Origin: an uncultured bacterium
GTDB lineage: Bacteria > Hydrogenedentota > Hydrogenedentia > Hydrogenedentales > JAEUWI01
DNA: 19,228 bases
Direction: 5' to 3'
NCBI GenBank assembly: GCA_963977445.1
Contig: CAXBPH010000124.1
Span: forward strand, 1 to 19,228
Position 1 is the first letter of the stretch. Every line of letters begins with the position of its first letter. Made by a program: the position numbers and the translations under genes. Below the pieces are notes generated by a model that worked only from the letters and a program-made list of their open reading frames with translations, was not told the origin of the DNA and ran no database searches. Positions 1 through 8,250 of the stretch are shown piece by piece.

Positions 1-405
1 GGCGTTGCTCGATAGCAGATAACGATTTTTTATCTAGTGAAGCCCAACTTCTTATTGGTTAATGATACGGCGACCACCGAGACCTTCACTTGGCTTCGAG
101 CCCGAAACTCTTCCAGCGTTCCGTCAGGATTTGAAACGATGTCAATTCGCAAACGCTCAAGGTCCGATGGAGAAAAAGCGGATTTCCTCCCAGGGTTCTG
201 TGGTTTCGGGAGAACCGAACCCGTGTCATGATACCGCTTTAATATATTCTTAACCGTCCCCTTGGGTGCCTTGAAACGCTTGGCAATATCACCCATTGAT
301 TGGCCGTCTTCAATTCGCGCGGCCACGACACGATTTCTAAGTTCGATTGCTGTAGGTTTCATGACCTAAGCACAACATCGTAGCTATATTAAATTAAAAG
401 TCTAT
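1..405 (-). mobile_element. IS630-family insertion sequence, partial (runs off the left window edge)
   Basis: Contains an IS630-like HTH ORF ending LGFTR at an A6 run, after which another frame reads KKSLSAIEQR. An AT-rich end at ~385-405 abuts a TA at 406-407, where similarity of the neighbouring gene fragment stops. IS630 elements target TA. Confidence 0.75.
30..362 (-). CDS. IS630-family transposase, N-terminal HTH ORF (OrfA-like; possibly inactivated)
   Basis: MKPTAIELRNRVVAA...IAKRF...TVKNILKRYHDTGSVLPKP...PDGTLEE...LGFTR is typical of IS630/Tc1 N-terminal domains. The stop TAA overlaps the A-run where KKK or a frameshift normally occurs. Confidence 0.8.
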   Translation of the reverse strand: MKPTAIELRNRVVAARIEDGQSMGDIAKRFKAPKGTVKNILKRYHDTGSVLPKPQNPGRKSAFSPSDLERLRIDIVSNPDGTLEEFRARSQVKVSVVAVSLTNKKLGFTR

Positions 406-406
406 T

Positions 407-700
407 AGCACGTCGCGCCATGGCTATCAGGGGCTTCATGGTGGCGCAACGGTGGATTATGCCGTTGAATTCGGGGGCCGCATTTGGCAATCCATGGGAG
501 AGTGGTACCACGTCTTCATCGGGTTTGCGCAGTAAATAGGGGATGTAGCCTGCGGAAATATCGAACGACACGGAGGGCACGTTCACTCCGTTCCCCCGCA
601 ATGACCCCAACAATGATGTCGAATATCGCTTCTTGCGGAGGATAATCCAGATCGCCGCCATCGCCGGCGTGCCGGGGCTCGTGAGCTTAGCGGGAACGGT
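407..700 (-). pseudogene. Internal fragment of an RtcR-like sigma54-interacting transcriptional activator
   Basis: Open frame from 700 reads ...KLTSPGTPAMAAIWIIL...SVSFDISAGYIPYLLRKPDE...GLPNAAPEFNGIIHRCATMKPLIAMARRA. This resembles the SPGTPAM motif and linker leading into the AAA+ domain (F-x-x-IIH...M...I..ARR.A). No N-terminus and no AAA+ Walker motifs are present. Confidence 0.6.
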
Positions 701-710
701 CTAAATGGGG

Positions 711-752
711 GAGAGCCCGGCAAGAATACCTACGTATACTGTGCCGGGTCTC
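711..752 (-). terminator. Imperfect inverted repeat downstream of the oxidoreductase operon, possible terminator
   Basis: GAGAGCCCGGCA (711-722) / TGCCGGGTCTC (742-752), ~40 nt past the last stop codon. The loop is long and there is no good U-tract. Confidence 0.3.
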
Positions 753-789
753 AGCTCGTCAAGTCTGGCAGAATTTGAACCCGATCGTG

Positions 790-1017
790 CTAATCCTCCA
801 GCTTCCGAAGGTAGAAGTGGAGTAGTCCGAAGTTCAGTAGGAAGCACGCTGCGCTTGCCAGGGCCGCTGGGATTACCACGGCACTGTTTCCGCCGAGATA
901 GGCTTCCATCGTGGCCGTGAGTAGCCACAGCTGCAACACGGCAATCAGCGATACGATACACAAAATCGCCGTGACAATGGTCATGCGCTGGCTGCGCGCA
1001 AAGTGGGATTGCTTCAT
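790..1017 (-). CDS. Small 2-TM membrane protein (75 aa, DUF6755-like)
   Basis: ATG at 1017 overlaps the Rieske stop (ATGA), with GGAG upstream. [43 protein letters not shown]...PAALASAACFLLN has two hydrophobic helices. The longer 1209 start overlaps the Rieske gene. Confidence 0.8.
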   Translation of the reverse strand: MKQSHFARSQRMTIVTAILCIVSLIAVLQLWLLTATMEAYLGGNSAVVIPAALASAACFLLNFGLLHFYLRKLED

Positions 1018-1562
1018 GCCGTATTCTCCGCCATGCCCACGGCGATAATGCGATCGTCGCGCACTTCTAGGCGGACAGCGGGCAACGCGCGCCGGGGTGG
1101 CCCCGCGAGCGGTTCGCCCGTGTAGAGGTCGAAGGACCCATGGTGGCATGGGCAGTGAAACTTGCCCTCTTTTGGCTGGGGGATGACGGGGCAGGAGAGG
1201 TGGGTGCACTTCTGGCCGTAGGCCAGGTGTTCGCTCTCGGAAACGCGCACGAGCACGCAGGCGTCACCGGGGTCCGGATAGTGAAAGACCTTTGCGTCGC
1301 CTACGGCAAGTTCGCCCGCGCCGGCAATATCCATCTCGGGCAGGGGGCCACGCGCTTTCTTCCGCTCGCTCTCCACGACGATATAGCCCTGCCCTGCGAC
1401 GAAGGCGAGACTCGTGAGGCCCATGAGTTTGGTAAAGTCTCGCCGTGAGCGGTATTCATCGTCGGCCACGTCAATGGGAAACTGTTCCCGCCACGCGGGC
1501 TGCTTGGCGGTATCGTCTGGATTCGGCACGGAGGCACGTTTTTTTTGCTTGTCGTCGCTCAC
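1014..1562 (-). CDS. Rieske [2Fe-2S] protein with a twin-arginine-like motif and membrane anchor (182 aa)
   Basis: CTHLSC and CPCHHG boxes, GPP motif, and SRRDFTK followed by a hydrophobic stretch. GTG start at 1562 overlaps the upstream stop (GTGA), with GGAG upstream. Confidence 0.9.
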   Translation of the reverse strand: MSDDKQKKRASVPNPDDTAKQPAWREQFPIDVADDEYRSRRDFTKLMGLTSLAFVAGQGYIVVESERKKARGPLPEMDIAGAGELAVGDAKVFHYPDPGDACVLVRVSESEHLAYGQKCTHLSCPVIPQPKEGKFHCPCHHGSFDLYTGEPLAGPPRRALPAVRLEVRDDRIIAVGMAENTA

Positions 1563-2209
1563 GGGAGCTTCTCCCCATCGTTCATGGCGCTGAACATCAT
1601 GTCGTCCTCCAGAGAATTGCCGAAGGGCGTCGTGTCCAGCGCGGCTGTCACGTCGAGATGGTTGGCCGGCGATTGCCGGGGTACCATCGTGTTTACTTTG
1701 GTCGTAATCGTTTGATTTCCGAACTGGAAGGTATTGACCGGTCGGGAGCTCGGGCGCAGTTCGTCGATTTCCGAACGCGAGCCGAAAAACAGGGCCTGAC
1801 TCGGACAGACCGAGGCGCACATCGGTTTTTTTCCGATCGACGTGCGATCGTAGCACATGTCACATTTCATCATGAGGTGCATACTGGTGTTCATCTTGGG
1901 CACGCCAAAGGGGCACGCAAGCACGCAGTTGTTGCAGGCAATGCATCGCGGTTTGCGCGCTGTCTGCACCACACCATCGGCCGTCCGCTTGATGGCGTCC
2001 GCCGGGCAGACTTCGGCGCAGGTAGGGGAGTCGCAGTGCATGCAGACCACGGGCACGGTCTGGGTCGAGGTGGCCCGGTCGATGTAGTCCAACTGGATCA
2101 TCGATTGGCCTTTGTGCGTGTCGCACTCGGAGCAGGCTTGTACACAGGCGTTACACCCGATACAGCGGCTTTGATCAATGAAGAATTCCTGGGTCTCTGA
2201 AACGGCCAT
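1559..2209 (-). CDS. 4x[4Fe-4S] electron-transfer subunit (DmsB/NrfC/FdnH-like)
   Basis: [41 protein letters not shown]...[13 protein letters not shown] overlap with the upstream gene. Confidence 0.93.
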   Translation of the reverse strand: MAVSETQEFFIDQSRCIGCNACVQACSECDTHKGQSMIQLDYIDRATSTQTVPVVCMHCDSPTCAEVCPADAIKRTADGVVQTARKPRCIACNNCVLACPFGVPKMNTSMHLMMKCDMCYDRTSIGKKPMCASVCPSQALFFGSRSEIDELRPSSRPVNTFQFGNQTITTKVNTMVPRQSPANHLDVTAALDTTPFGNSLEDDMMFSAMNDGEKLP

Positions 2210-4470
2210 TAGGACACCTCCTGTGTTGGGCGCTCGGCTGCGGCCGCAGTTTCGGCTTCATCCGGGTTTGCCTTGCGCAGGCGCGCAGCACAGACCTTGT
2301 ATTCCGGTATCTTGGAAATCGGGTCCTGGGCGGAAATTGTGAGCTGGTTGGCGCTTTTGCGCCCCGGCCAATGGTAGGGGATGAAAATAGTATCCGGCCG
2401 GATGGTTTTTACCACCCGCGCCCGAAGTGTACAGGTTCCACGCCGCGATTCCGCAGTGACCCACTGTCCATCATCTATACCCAGCTTCGCTGCCATCCGC
2501 GGATGAACCTCAATGAAGGGTTCTGGGCAATGGTCGAGCAGGGGGCCTATTCGTCGCGTTTGTGCTCCAGAAAGAAAATGACTTACTACGCGGCCGGTGG
2601 TCAGCATCAGCGGATACTCCACGTCCGTATCTTCGGTGGGTGGCGAGTACATGGATACGTTGAACCGCGCCTTCCCATCGGGAAAGTAGAAGGGGCCCTC
2701 GCCCTTAGCTACGGGATTCCAGGACCCGGGCTCAAAGAGCCGGGGGGTGCCGGGATGGTCGTCTGCGGGGCAGGGCCAGAAGATGCCGTCGTTCGCTTCA
2801 ATTTTTTCGTAGGTGATGCCGGAATAGTCGGCCACACCACCCTTGGAGGCCGCGCGGAGTTCGTCCATGATATCGCAGGCCGAGGCAAAGGTGAACCCAT
2901 GGGTACGATTCAGTGCGCGGGCGATGTCCTGGATGATTTGCCAGTCTGGTTTGGCGTCGCCGGGGCATTCTACGGCGGGGTTGATCTTAATCACCCGGCC
3001 CTCGGTAGAGGTGACCGTGCCTTCATCTTCCTCTTGCAGCGAACCCGGCAAGACGATGTCGGCGAAGGCCGCGCTCTCGCTCATGAAGAAGTCGATGGCA
3101 ACATAAAAGTCCAGTTTCTCGAGTGCGCGCTGGACGAATGCATTGTCCGGCAGCGACACCATGGGGTTGAAGCAGATCGAAAGGAGGCCACGAATCTCGC
3201 CCGCATCGATCTTACGTATCATCTCGTAGGCGTCCACACCGGGTTGTGGCAGGGACTCGGGCGTTACCCCCCAAACGCCGGCCACATGGGCGCGGTGCTC
3301 CGGATTCCCCAGATCACGCCCCCCGGGGAGCATGTCCGCCTTCTGTCCGTGTTCCCGCCCACCTTGGCCATTCGCCTGGCCCGTGATGGTGCTATAGCCA
3401 CAGCCCTCCCGGCCGATGCGGCCGGACGCGAGCACGATATTGATGGCTCCGAGGCAATTTTGTACGCCGTGCGAGTGGTGTTCGATACCGCGGGCGTGAA
3501 GGAGGAAGCTGGTCTTCGCCGTGCCCCACCACTCCGCGGCCTGACGGATGGACTTCTCTGCAATACCCGTCACTTCTGCTGTCCGCGCAGGTGTCCACTC
3601 ATGCACATGGGCCGCCAGATCATCGAAACCCACCGTGTGTGTGTCGATGAAGGGGTGATCCAGCCAATCGTTTTCGATCATCAAGTGCAATACGCCGTTG
3701 AACAGTGCGACGTCACGGCCCGGCTTGATGGGCAGGTAGAGATCGCTCATGCGGCCTGCCGGGGTAATTCGCGGGTCCACGGTGATGATTTTTGCGCCAT
3801 TTTCGCGGGCCTGCCAGAGGTAGTCGGTCGTGATAGGGGCGCATTCGGCCACGTTTGCACCGCTGACCCAGATAACGCCGGCCTTGATAATGTCGCTCCA
3901 GGGATTGGCGGCCCGGTCGATACCGAAGGACTTCTTGTTTGCTGCGGCCGCGCTCACCATACAAAGCCGACCGTTATAGTCGATGTAGGGTGTCTTCAGG
4001 CATACCCGGGCAAATTTACCCATGAGGTACGTCTTTTCCGTCGTGAGGCTGGCACCACTGAGGACGCCGAAGCCCCCGGGGCCGTGTTCCTGCTGTATGC
4101 GTTCGATCTCTGCGGCTACCCGCGCGATGGCGGCGTCATAGCCCATGGCCTTGTATCCACCGGGGGCGTTGGTGTCGCGCTCATAGGCGTGGAGCAAGCG
4201 GTCGGGATGGGCGCCCTGCAGGTAGCGTTTGACCCCTTTGGGGCAGAGTTTGCCCTGGTTGAAGGGAAAATCGTAGCGCGGTTCGAACCCGATAACCTGA
4301 TTGTTCTTGACCAGCAGTTTCACGCCGCATTGCTGTCCACAAAAACAGCAATGGGTGTCGACCACCTTGTCGGGGGTGACGCCGGGGTCGAGCTGCATGC
4401 CCGTGGATACGGAATCATGGGGCCCGAAATGTTCTCGAAGGGCCGAATCGGTTGCGGAATGGGTAGCCAT
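2209..4470 (-). CDS. Mo-bisPGD oxidoreductase catalytic subunit, NasA/NarB/NapA-like (probable nitrate reductase)
   Basis: HCCFCGQQC...LCPKG [4Fe-4S] motif; NGRLCMVSA (Cys Mo ligand followed by Met, as in Nas/Nap); [30 protein letters not shown]-terminus. No Tat/Sec signal. Confidence 0.9.
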   Translation of the reverse strand: MATHSATDSALREHFGPHDSVSTGMQLDPGVTPDKVVDTHCCFCGQQCGVKLLVKNNQVIGFEPRYDFPFNQGKLCPKGVKRYLQGAHPDRLLHAYERDTNAPGGYKAMGYDAAIARVAAEIERIQQEHGPGGFGVLSGASLTTEKTYLMGKFARVCLKTPYIDYNGRLCMVSAAAANKKSFGIDRAANPWSDIIKAGVIWVSGANVAECAPITTDYLWQARENGAKIITVDPRITPAGRMSDLYLPIKPGRDVALFNGVLHLMIENDWLDHPFIDTHTVGFDDLAAHVHEWTPARTAEVTGIAEKSIRQAAEWWGTAKTSFLLHARGIEHHSHGVQNCLGAINIVLASGRIGREGCGYSTITGQANGQGGREHGQKADMLPGGRDLGNPEHRAHVAGVWGVTPESLPQPGVDAYEMIRKIDAGEIRGLLSICFNPMVSLPDNAFVQRALEKLDFYVAIDFFMSESAAFADIVLPGSLQEEDEGTVTSTEGRVIKINPAVECPGDAKPDWQIIQDIARALNRTHGFTFASACDIMDELRAASKGGVADYSGITYEKIEANDGIFWPCPADDHPGTPRLFEPGSWNPVAKGEGPFYFPDGKARFNVSMYSPPTEDTDVEYPLMLTTGRVVSHFLSGAQTRRIGPLLDHCPEPFIEVHPRMAAKLGIDDGQWVTAESRRGTCTLRARVVKTIRPDTIFIPYHWPGRKSANQLTISAQDPISKIPEYKVCAARLRKANPDEAETAAAAERPTQEVS

Positions 4471-4481
4471 TGAACGTACTC

Positions 4482-5627
4482 CTAAGGATGAAAGTTAGCC
4501 GCGTCTTCGCTGCCCAGTGGTCCCTCCCCGAAGCCGGGGTTTGCATAGACTGGCATGGGAAGCGGGAGCGTCGCGGAAATCCCGGAAGCACTCAACTGAA
4601 GCTGGCTCTGGGCCAGGGCGAACATCGTGCGGCGGCAGGGCGGGCAAACCTGCTGGTAGTGTGCCAACGCTGGATTGCCCTCCACCTCGTATCGGTAGCC
4701 CAACTCGTGCTCGGCCTGAATGAGGTCGTTGATGTGCATCTCCGACGCGAAGGGATGGTCGCACCGTGCACAACGTGCGGGGGCTTCCCGCTTCGCAACA
4801 TCCTTGTAGAATTCGACACCCAATTGGGCGGGACGCTGGAAGATGTGAAAGAACTTGCCGAAGGGAAGCCACATCAGCGTGAAGATAACGGTTACCGCGT
4901 GGGCCAGTGCGAGAAAATCATAGCCGTAGCCTTCCAGCCACGTGTAGCTCACCGTGAGCAGCAGGCCACTCACACTGACGGCGAACAGCAGGATCAGAGG
5001 GAGAAAGTCTTCGGAGAAGGTCTGCAGCGCCGCCGCACCTTCGTCCCGCATTCGGCGTCGCATGGCCAGCATCACCCCCGGAATAACCATCAATGACGCC
5101 CAGACCAATCCATGAAACACCAGAAAGGCGAACCAGGAATCGTGGGGCATGGCAATTGTTGGAAATCCGAATACCATGATGCGGTACCAGTCGAGCCGGT
5201 CTGGCAGCGATTCGAACGAGATCCAGCCAAATACGAGGGGAAAGGTAATCGCCACTGCGAGGACACATCCCCACATGATCAGCATGTGCGCCAGCCATCG
5301 GAGTATGCCACGCTTCAGCATGAAATCATTGAGGGCGAACTGCCCACCCACCCGGGTGAGCCATAGCCGCATATTACCTGAGCGGTGATTGCGCTTGAAA
5401 AAGGTCTGCCAGCCACGCCGCCAGAACAGAGCCGTGGGGGGCCGCTGCAGCCAGACGGCGTAGCGGTAGGTAATTCCGAATGTCGCGAAAAGTGTCGCGA
5501 AGGTATACGCCACAAGGGGGGCATCGAAATGTTGGAGGTTCCGGGAACCCACCACAATCAGCAGCCCCAGAATTGTGGTTACGATGAGGGCACGAAGCCC
5601 TGCTTGAAAAACACCTGCTCGCATCAT
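4482..5627 (-). CDS. NarI/DsrM-like cytochrome b-type integral membrane protein with a C-terminal CxxC...CxxC domain
   Basis: About 6 hydrophobic helices with His at positions typical of heme b ligands ([31 protein letters not shown], also FHGLVW). The soluble tail carries CARC and CPPC. AAGGGG lies before ATGATG. Confidence 0.75.
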   Translation of the reverse strand: MMRAGVFQAGLRALIVTTILGLLIVVGSRNLQHFDAPLVAYTFATLFATFGITYRYAVWLQRPPTALFWRRGWQTFFKRNHRSGNMRLWLTRVGGQFALNDFMLKRGILRWLAHMLIMWGCVLAVAITFPLVFGWISFESLPDRLDWYRIMVFGFPTIAMPHDSWFAFLVFHGLVWASLMVIPGVMLAMRRRMRDEGAAALQTFSEDFLPLILLFAVSVSGLLLTVSYTWLEGYGYDFLALAHAVTVIFTLMWLPFGKFFHIFQRPAQLGVEFYKDVAKREAPARCARCDHPFASEMHINDLIQAEHELGYRYEVEGNPALAHYQQVCPPCRRTMFALAQSQLQLSASGISATLPLPMPVYANPGFGEGPLGSEDAANFHP

Positions 5628-5681
5628 ATCCCCTTACTGGTACTTAACACGTAATGAAGCACTCTAACAGATAGTGAAAGG

Positions 5682-5733
5682 ACAACAAAAGGGGAGGCGA
5701 AGTGTGACGCGTTTGGAGGGACGCATCGCCCCC
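5682..5733 (-). terminator. Putative intrinsic terminator or attenuator between mobB and the oxidoreductase operon
   Basis: The minus strand reads GGGGGCGA-TGCGT-loop-ACGCG-(bulge)-TCGCCTCC followed by CCTTTTGTTGT. Confidence 0.4.
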
Positions 5734-5862
5734 GTAAGCCCTTCTCTGACAACAGGGCGTGATTTCCAGAGGGCACCAGCTGCAGTGATCGCAATGCCTC
5801 ACGTTGGTGGACTGGGTGGTCGCTACGAGAGAAAAAAGCACGGCCTCGAATACAAAAGCGGA

Positions 5863-6903
5863 TCAATTTCCGGTACCCACAGCGAGCATTTCAGACGAAC
5901 AGGCCGATGTGCTGCGGCTGAGCCCGTCTTTTCGCAAATCTTTTGGGATAATTGGACAATGAATATTGACGTTCATTGAAAGAGCCTCTGGTTCCCTCGC
6001 CGTTTCCAAAATTCCACGGGCCCGCCAGTCGTACAATGCGAAAGAGGGTTCAGCATGATCCGCGATGCTTGGTTTCGGTAGGATTGCCCACGTACCCGGC
6101 CCACGCTGATCAAGCAGCCATTGAATCGCGTGAGACGAAAGGAAGGACGGGTCGCCCGTGACAAAAAGCCACTGACACCATGGATCCCAGCGGAGGGCTG
6201 CCAGCATTCTGGCGAAGGGTCCTTGGTTGTCGGGCACGGCCGGCAGGAAATTCAGATTTGACCGAACTGCGGGCGTCGCGACACTACCAAGGAGCGTTAC
6301 GGAGTCGACATGGGCCGTCAGGGCCCTTCCTATCGTCTCGCTCCAGAAACGTTCCCGACGATCAGGCGAAAGGTCGTCCGCTTCGCTTCCGACGAGAATT
6401 CCGCCCCGGACGGGAGTACGTCTGGATTGCGCGCGTAGCCAACTGCGCAAAAATTTATGGGTGTGCTTTACGCGGTCATCATCACGGCCCAACACCATCG
6501 CGAAAGGCCCGTCAGATTCAGGTGGACTTGACTCACCCTCACTACAAAGCCAGATCTTCGCAGGAAGGGCCGTGGACTTGTGCCCTTCGACAAGTACAAC
6601 GTCATGCTGGCGTAATAGCAGTTCGATAGCGCTTGGCAAAGAAGGTATCATTTCTATGGGAAGACGAAGGAATCCTTGACTCGGGCAATGGGCCAAGACA
6701 GTCGCTCCTGCATTGAAGAGTCGATCGGTGTCTTTTCCTGGTCGGTCCAACTGAAGGCCGTGGGCATCGTGCTTTATGACAGCGACGGCAAGACCGTCGG
6801 CGCGAAGCAAAGGGAGTAGCTTCTCGAGCAGGGTGGTCTTGCCTGCACCGCTGTAACCACAGATCCCGAGAACCGGCATGCGGTCGAGGATTGATTCAAT
6901 CAT
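5863..6903 (-). CDS. mobB: Molybdopterin-guanine dinucleotide biosynthesis protein MobB fused to a degenerate MobA-like domain
   Basis: GICGYSGAGKTTL Walker A, VAVIKH, DRPGKDT and VLVEGHK are MobB motifs. The C-terminal half has MobA-like remnants (GILVG, GPFARMLAAL, WLFVTGDPSFL, EPSFALY). Confidence 0.85.
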   Translation of the reverse strand: MIESILDRMPVLGICGYSGAGKTTLLEKLLPLLRADGLAVAVIKHDAHGLQLDRPGKDTDRLFNAGATVLAHCPSQGFLRLPIEMIPSLPSAIELLLRQHDVVLVEGHKSTALPAKIWLCSEGESSPPESDGPFAMVLGRDDDRVKHTHKFLRSWLRAQSRRTPVRGGILVGSEADDLSPDRRERFWSETIGRALTAHVDSVTLLGSVATPAVRSNLNFLPAVPDNQGPFARMLAALRWDPWCQWLFVTGDPSFLSSHAIQWLLDQRGPGTWAILPKPSIADHAEPSFALYDWRARGILETAREPEALSMNVNIHCPIIPKDLRKDGLSRSTSACSSEMLAVGTGN

Positions 6904-7188
6904 AGCACTCTATTCTCTTTCCGTTGAATGGCTCGGAGTATCTTGCTCCGCCGAAGTTGCTGCCCCCGCAGTGGGGGAGGACGGCAGATGCACAATGATT
7001 GAGTCGAGCGCCGAGGCAAACGGCCCCATATATCGGGTCTAAATTAGAATTTTCCAACGTGTCCAACATCCAGTCCTGCAGATTGAGTTCGTAAGAAATT
7101 GGCCTTACGACACCGAGCACTCGCCCGCCTGTCCCTGGGGGACATTGTCACGGGGAGTCTCAATGGTAGGATTGCGTATGCCTTGGCA

Positions 7189-7461
7189 CTACGTGGCATC
7201 GCCTTGGCCAAAGACTATCGTAACCAGCAGCACGCAGTCGGTCTTCGCTTCGATGGAATGCACGGTTCCTCCTTCGATGTGAAGCCAAGTGAGCGGTCCA
7301 TCCACCTTGTGGGGCGGCACCGTGTTTCCCGCGCGCGTGAATAGCCGGACCGCTTCAAAGCGATCCGTCTTCACCAGTGCGACGGTGTGCGTGTCTGTGT
7401 TCTGGGGTCCGAATGTCTCCAGGTCTATGACTTCGCCGGGGACAGCGTGTTCGATGGCCAT
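7189..7461 (-). CDS. Small cupin-domain protein, apparently with an internal in-frame deletion
   Basis: MAIEHAVPGEVIDL...LVKTDRFEAVRL...AGNTVPPHKVDGPLT | WLHIEGGTVHSIEA...LLVTI. AGGAG RBS. The segment between cupin motifs 1 and 2 looks absent. Confidence 0.75.
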   Translation of the reverse strand: MAIEHAVPGEVIDLETFGPQNTDTHTVALVKTDRFEAVRLFTRAGNTVPPHKVDGPLTWLHIEGGTVHSIEAKTDCVLLVTIVFGQGDAT

Positions 7462-7531
7462 CTATTTTCTCCTACGTGTTGCGTGTTGGTGTGCATTTGC
7501 TCCTGCAGAGGGGCTACCGCAACGATGACGG

Positions 7532-8248
7532 TTATCGTCGACTTTCTTCGGTAGCCAGGGCCCTGGGAAACAAGATGTTGTTCTCTTTGTGGATATGCTG
7601 ATGCAGGTCCATCTCAAGTTCGTGAAGACCGTCGAGAAGGGCCCGATAGGTGTTACAGGCCCAATCTGGCGGGGTGTAACCATCCGTAAGACGGCTCATG
7701 TCCTCGAGTCCATTGCCCGAGGTGTCGTGTTCCGCCTCCATGGCCCGAATCGGGTTGGCAAGTGTGCCGAAGGGCATATCCGGCAAGGTATCCGATTGGG
7801 CCAACTGACTTATGACGGGAAAGAGAATCCGTTCCTCTTTCATCATATGGGCCGAGAGTTCTTCCGCGAGCGCGTGGACAACCGCTGCAAGTTCTGCCAA
7901 TCGCGCATCTTTGTCGCCGTGAACCTTGGCCACTTTTGCGGACATCTGTTGCATCCGGGGAAGCTCCCGAACGAGATAGGCGTGGTGCGTTGTCACAATG
8001 TGCTTTGCCAGTTCGTCAAGCGGCATGGACGTATAATCGGTGGCATCTTCCGCAGAACCCGACGTATCCATCTCGTTGATAGACGCCAGGACCTTATCGA
8101 CATTGTGGCCTTTTTTGGCGCACGCTTCCACGAGTGGCTTCTTACCGCCACAGCAATAATCTATACCGAGTTCCTCGAAGACCCGGGCGCGACTCGGTCG
8201 TTCTCGCACCAGTTCACCAACGGTTTGTTGTGCAGTTAATGTACTCAT
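7532..8248 (-). CDS. ric: Iron-sulfur cluster repair di-iron protein (Ric/YtfE/ScdA)
   Basis: GIDYCCGG N-terminal motif; hemerythrin-like HHAYL, HMMKEERILFP, EHD and HIHKENNILFP. Confidence 0.96.
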   Translation of the reverse strand: MSTLTAQQTVGELVRERPSRARVFEELGIDYCCGGKKPLVEACAKKGHNVDKVLASINEMDTSGSAEDATDYTSMPLDELAKHIVTTHHAYLVRELPRMQQMSAKVAKVHGDKDARLAELAAVVHALAEELSAHMMKEERILFPVISQLAQSDTLPDMPFGTLANPIRAMEAEHDTSGNGLEDMSRLTDGYTPPDWACNTYRALLDGLHELEMDLHQHIHKENNILFPRALATEESRR

Positions 8249-8250
8249 GA

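Noticed and set aside
540..580. NRPS adenylation A4-like motif (SFDIS)
   Set aside because: The surrounding sequence fits an RtcR-like activator, and no other A-domain motifs are present.
1563..1856. N-terminal extension of the Rieske ORF to 1856 (and of the small protein to 1209)
   Set aside because: These extensions overlap well-supported upstream genes; coupled starts with RBSs exist at 1562 and 1017.
2209..4470. Formate dehydrogenase, selenoprotein or arsenite oxidase AioA
   Set aside because: The active site is RLCM (FDH has C/U followed by His), there is no in-frame TGA, and the four-Cys cluster motif plus Cys Mo ligand are unlike AioA.
2371..4473. 700-aa plus-strand ORF
   Set aside because: It is the codon-register antisense shadow of the Mo-enzyme gene, which is common in GC-rich DNA, and it has no recognisable motifs.
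6896..7120. 74-aa ORF between the cupin and mobB, and similar short intergenic ORFs (5624-5866, 11305-11598)
   Set aside because: No recognisable motifs or convincing RBS; probably non-coding, although small genes cannot be excluded.
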